Assembly (NCBI GenBank): GCA_964437495.1 | Contig: CAYTGV010000004.1 | Coordinates: 40,413-104,412 of the forward strand | Direction of reading: 5' to 3' | DNA from: an uncultured Planctomycetia bacterium | GTDB taxonomy: Bacteria > Omnitrophota > Gorgyraeia > B26-G9 | DNA: 64,000 nt | Part shown: one piece after another, positions 62,675 to 64,000 of the stretch | Layout: each line of letters starts with the position of its first letter | Numbering within the stretch: position 1 is the stretch's first letter | Position numbers and translations under genes: made by a program | Notes under the pieces: generated by a model | What the model was told of the DNA's origin: nothing | Databases searched by the model: none | Seen by the model: the letters and a program-made list of their open reading frames with translations, nothing else

Positions 62675-64000
62675 ATGCCGACACAAAAAAGAAGAAAAGA
62701 TGTAAGAAATGTCGCGATCATAGCGCATGTTGATCATGGAAAAACTACGCTTGTCGATGCGCTGCTTAAATACACAGGCGCCTATAATTTTAAGGCAGGA
62801 GAGGTTGCTATAATGGACTCAAACCCGCTTGAAAAAGAAAGAGGTATTACGATCTTGTCTAAAAATGCCTCTTTGCAATATAAGGGAGTGCAGTTCAATC
62901 TTGTTGATACTCCGGGCCATGCTGATTTCGGCAGTGAAGTCGAACGCATCTTGAAAATGGTTGACGGAGTACTGCTTCTTGTTGACGCATTTGAGGGGCC
63001 GATGCCGCAGACTAAATTTGTTTTAAAGAAATCTCTAGAGCTGCATTTAAAGCCGATTCTTGTTATCAACAAACTTGACCGGCCTAATTGCCGTCCGGAT
63101 GAAGTGGCAGATATGACCTTTGATCTTTTTTGCGATCTGAACGCGACTGATGAGCAGCTGGATTTTCCGATTGTTTATGCCTCTGGAAAAGACGGCTACG
63201 CTATAATTGATCTTGAAGATGAGCGGGAATCAGTGAAGCCTCTTTTAGAGACTATACTTCATAGGGTATTGCCGCCTATTGCTAATCCTGAGCTGCCTTT
63301 TCAGATGCTGGTTACAATGCTTGATTATGATTCTTATGTAGGACGCATTGCTATTGGCCGAATCTTTCATGGGACTGTGAAGGTAGGAGATCCTGTGGCG
63401 CTTGTCAAGCGTGACGGAACTATTGCCAAAGGCAAGGCAACTAAGATCATGAAATATCGCGGACTGATCCGGGTTGAGGTCAACGAGGCTATAGCAGGAG
63501 ACATTATATCCATAGCCGGGATAGAGGATGTAGAGGTGGGAGAAACACTTGCAAGTATTAATGACCCAAAAGGATTGCCGGCAATTAAAATAGATGAGCC
63601 GACAATATCAATGAATTTTTCCCATAATACCAGCCCGCTTTCAGGTAAAGACGGAGGAAGATTTTTAACCTCTCGCCATATCAGAGAGCGTCTTGAACAT
63701 GAGGCGATGATAAATGTTGGTATAAAAGTTGAAGAGGTCGTGGGCACGGAGCGTTTAAAGGTTTCAGGCCGAGGGGAATTGCATCTGGCTATTCTTATTG
63801 AAACAATGCGTCGTGAGGGTTATGAACTGGAGGTTTCCAAGCCCCAGGTTATTTTAAAGAAAATGGGAGGCAAAACATTTGAGCCTGTTGAAGAGGTGGT
63901 CATAGAAGTGGAAGAGGAATATCAGGGTGCTGTTATGCAGGCGCTTGGAGTGCGTAAGGCTCAAATGCGGGAACTTAAGACAACCTCTACCGGTGCAAGC
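62675..64000 (+). CDS. typA: Translational GTPase TypA/BipA (runs off window end)
   Basis: Translated by eye: RNVAIIAHVDHGKTTLVD, MDSNPLEKERGITILSKN, DTPGHADF, GPMPQTKFVL, GRGELHL; absent from ORF track. Confidence 0.95.
   Translation, partial: MPTQKRRKDVRNVAIIAHVDHGKTTLVDALLKYTGAYNFKAGEVAIMDSNPLEKERGITILSKNASLQYKGVQFNLVDTPGHADFGSEVERILKMVDGVLLLVDAFEGPMPQTKFVLKKSLELHLKPILVINKLDRPNCRPDEVADMTFDLFCDLNATDEQLDFPIVYASGKDGYAIIDLEDERESVKPLLETILHRVLPPIANPELPFQMLVTMLDYDSYVGRIAIGRIFHGTVKVGDPVALVKRDGTIAKGKATKIMKYRGLIRVEVNEAIAGDIISIAGIEDVEVGETLASINDPKGLPAIKIDEPTISMNFSHNTSPLSGKDGGRFLTSRHIRERLEHEAMINVGIKVEEVVGTERLKVSGRGELHLAILIETMRREGYELEVSKPQVILKKMGGKTFEPVEEVVIEVEEEYQGAVMQALGVRKAQMRELKTTSTGAS

Noticed and set aside
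62782-63747. Minus-strand ORFs here and the many other short antisense ORFs in the track
   Set aside because: Shadows of well-supported genes on the opposite strand (here typA).

Overview
AT-rich bacterial chromosomal window, probably PVC superphylum and possibly Ca. Omnitrophota. That is inferred from an OmcB-like DUF11 lipoprotein, a PEP-CTERM remnant and large multidomain exported proteins. Four zones. (1) 1-15 kb: defence-type island with Vsr, an RHH/GHKL-ATPase operon, attC-linked cyclase-like and Shedu genes, a beta-rich protein/papain/lipase/PLD module and two HEPN genes. (2) 15-30.7 kb: a tandem array of unrelated cargo modules separated by nine co-oriented junctions. Most end in a tRNA-Asn-like 3' end (GGGGAGCCA), and five carry a conserved arm (TTGCGAAACTCGTCCAATAC). 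No integrase or intact tRNA lies in the window. (3) 31-47 kb: RAYT-derived miniature elements and two giant signal-peptide proteins. One has about 21 tandem helical repeats fused to a sigma70-like region and a nucleotidyltransferase-like domain. Both share N- and C-terminal motifs and a promoter with a third exported protein located in the array. (4) 47-64 kb: mostly RNA/ribosome-maintenance and redox genes (CvfB-like, ABC-F, Tex, RlmL-like, DEAD-box helicase, TypA) plus a REP-flanked RAYT transposase. All assignments come from motif reading only; no database searches were run.
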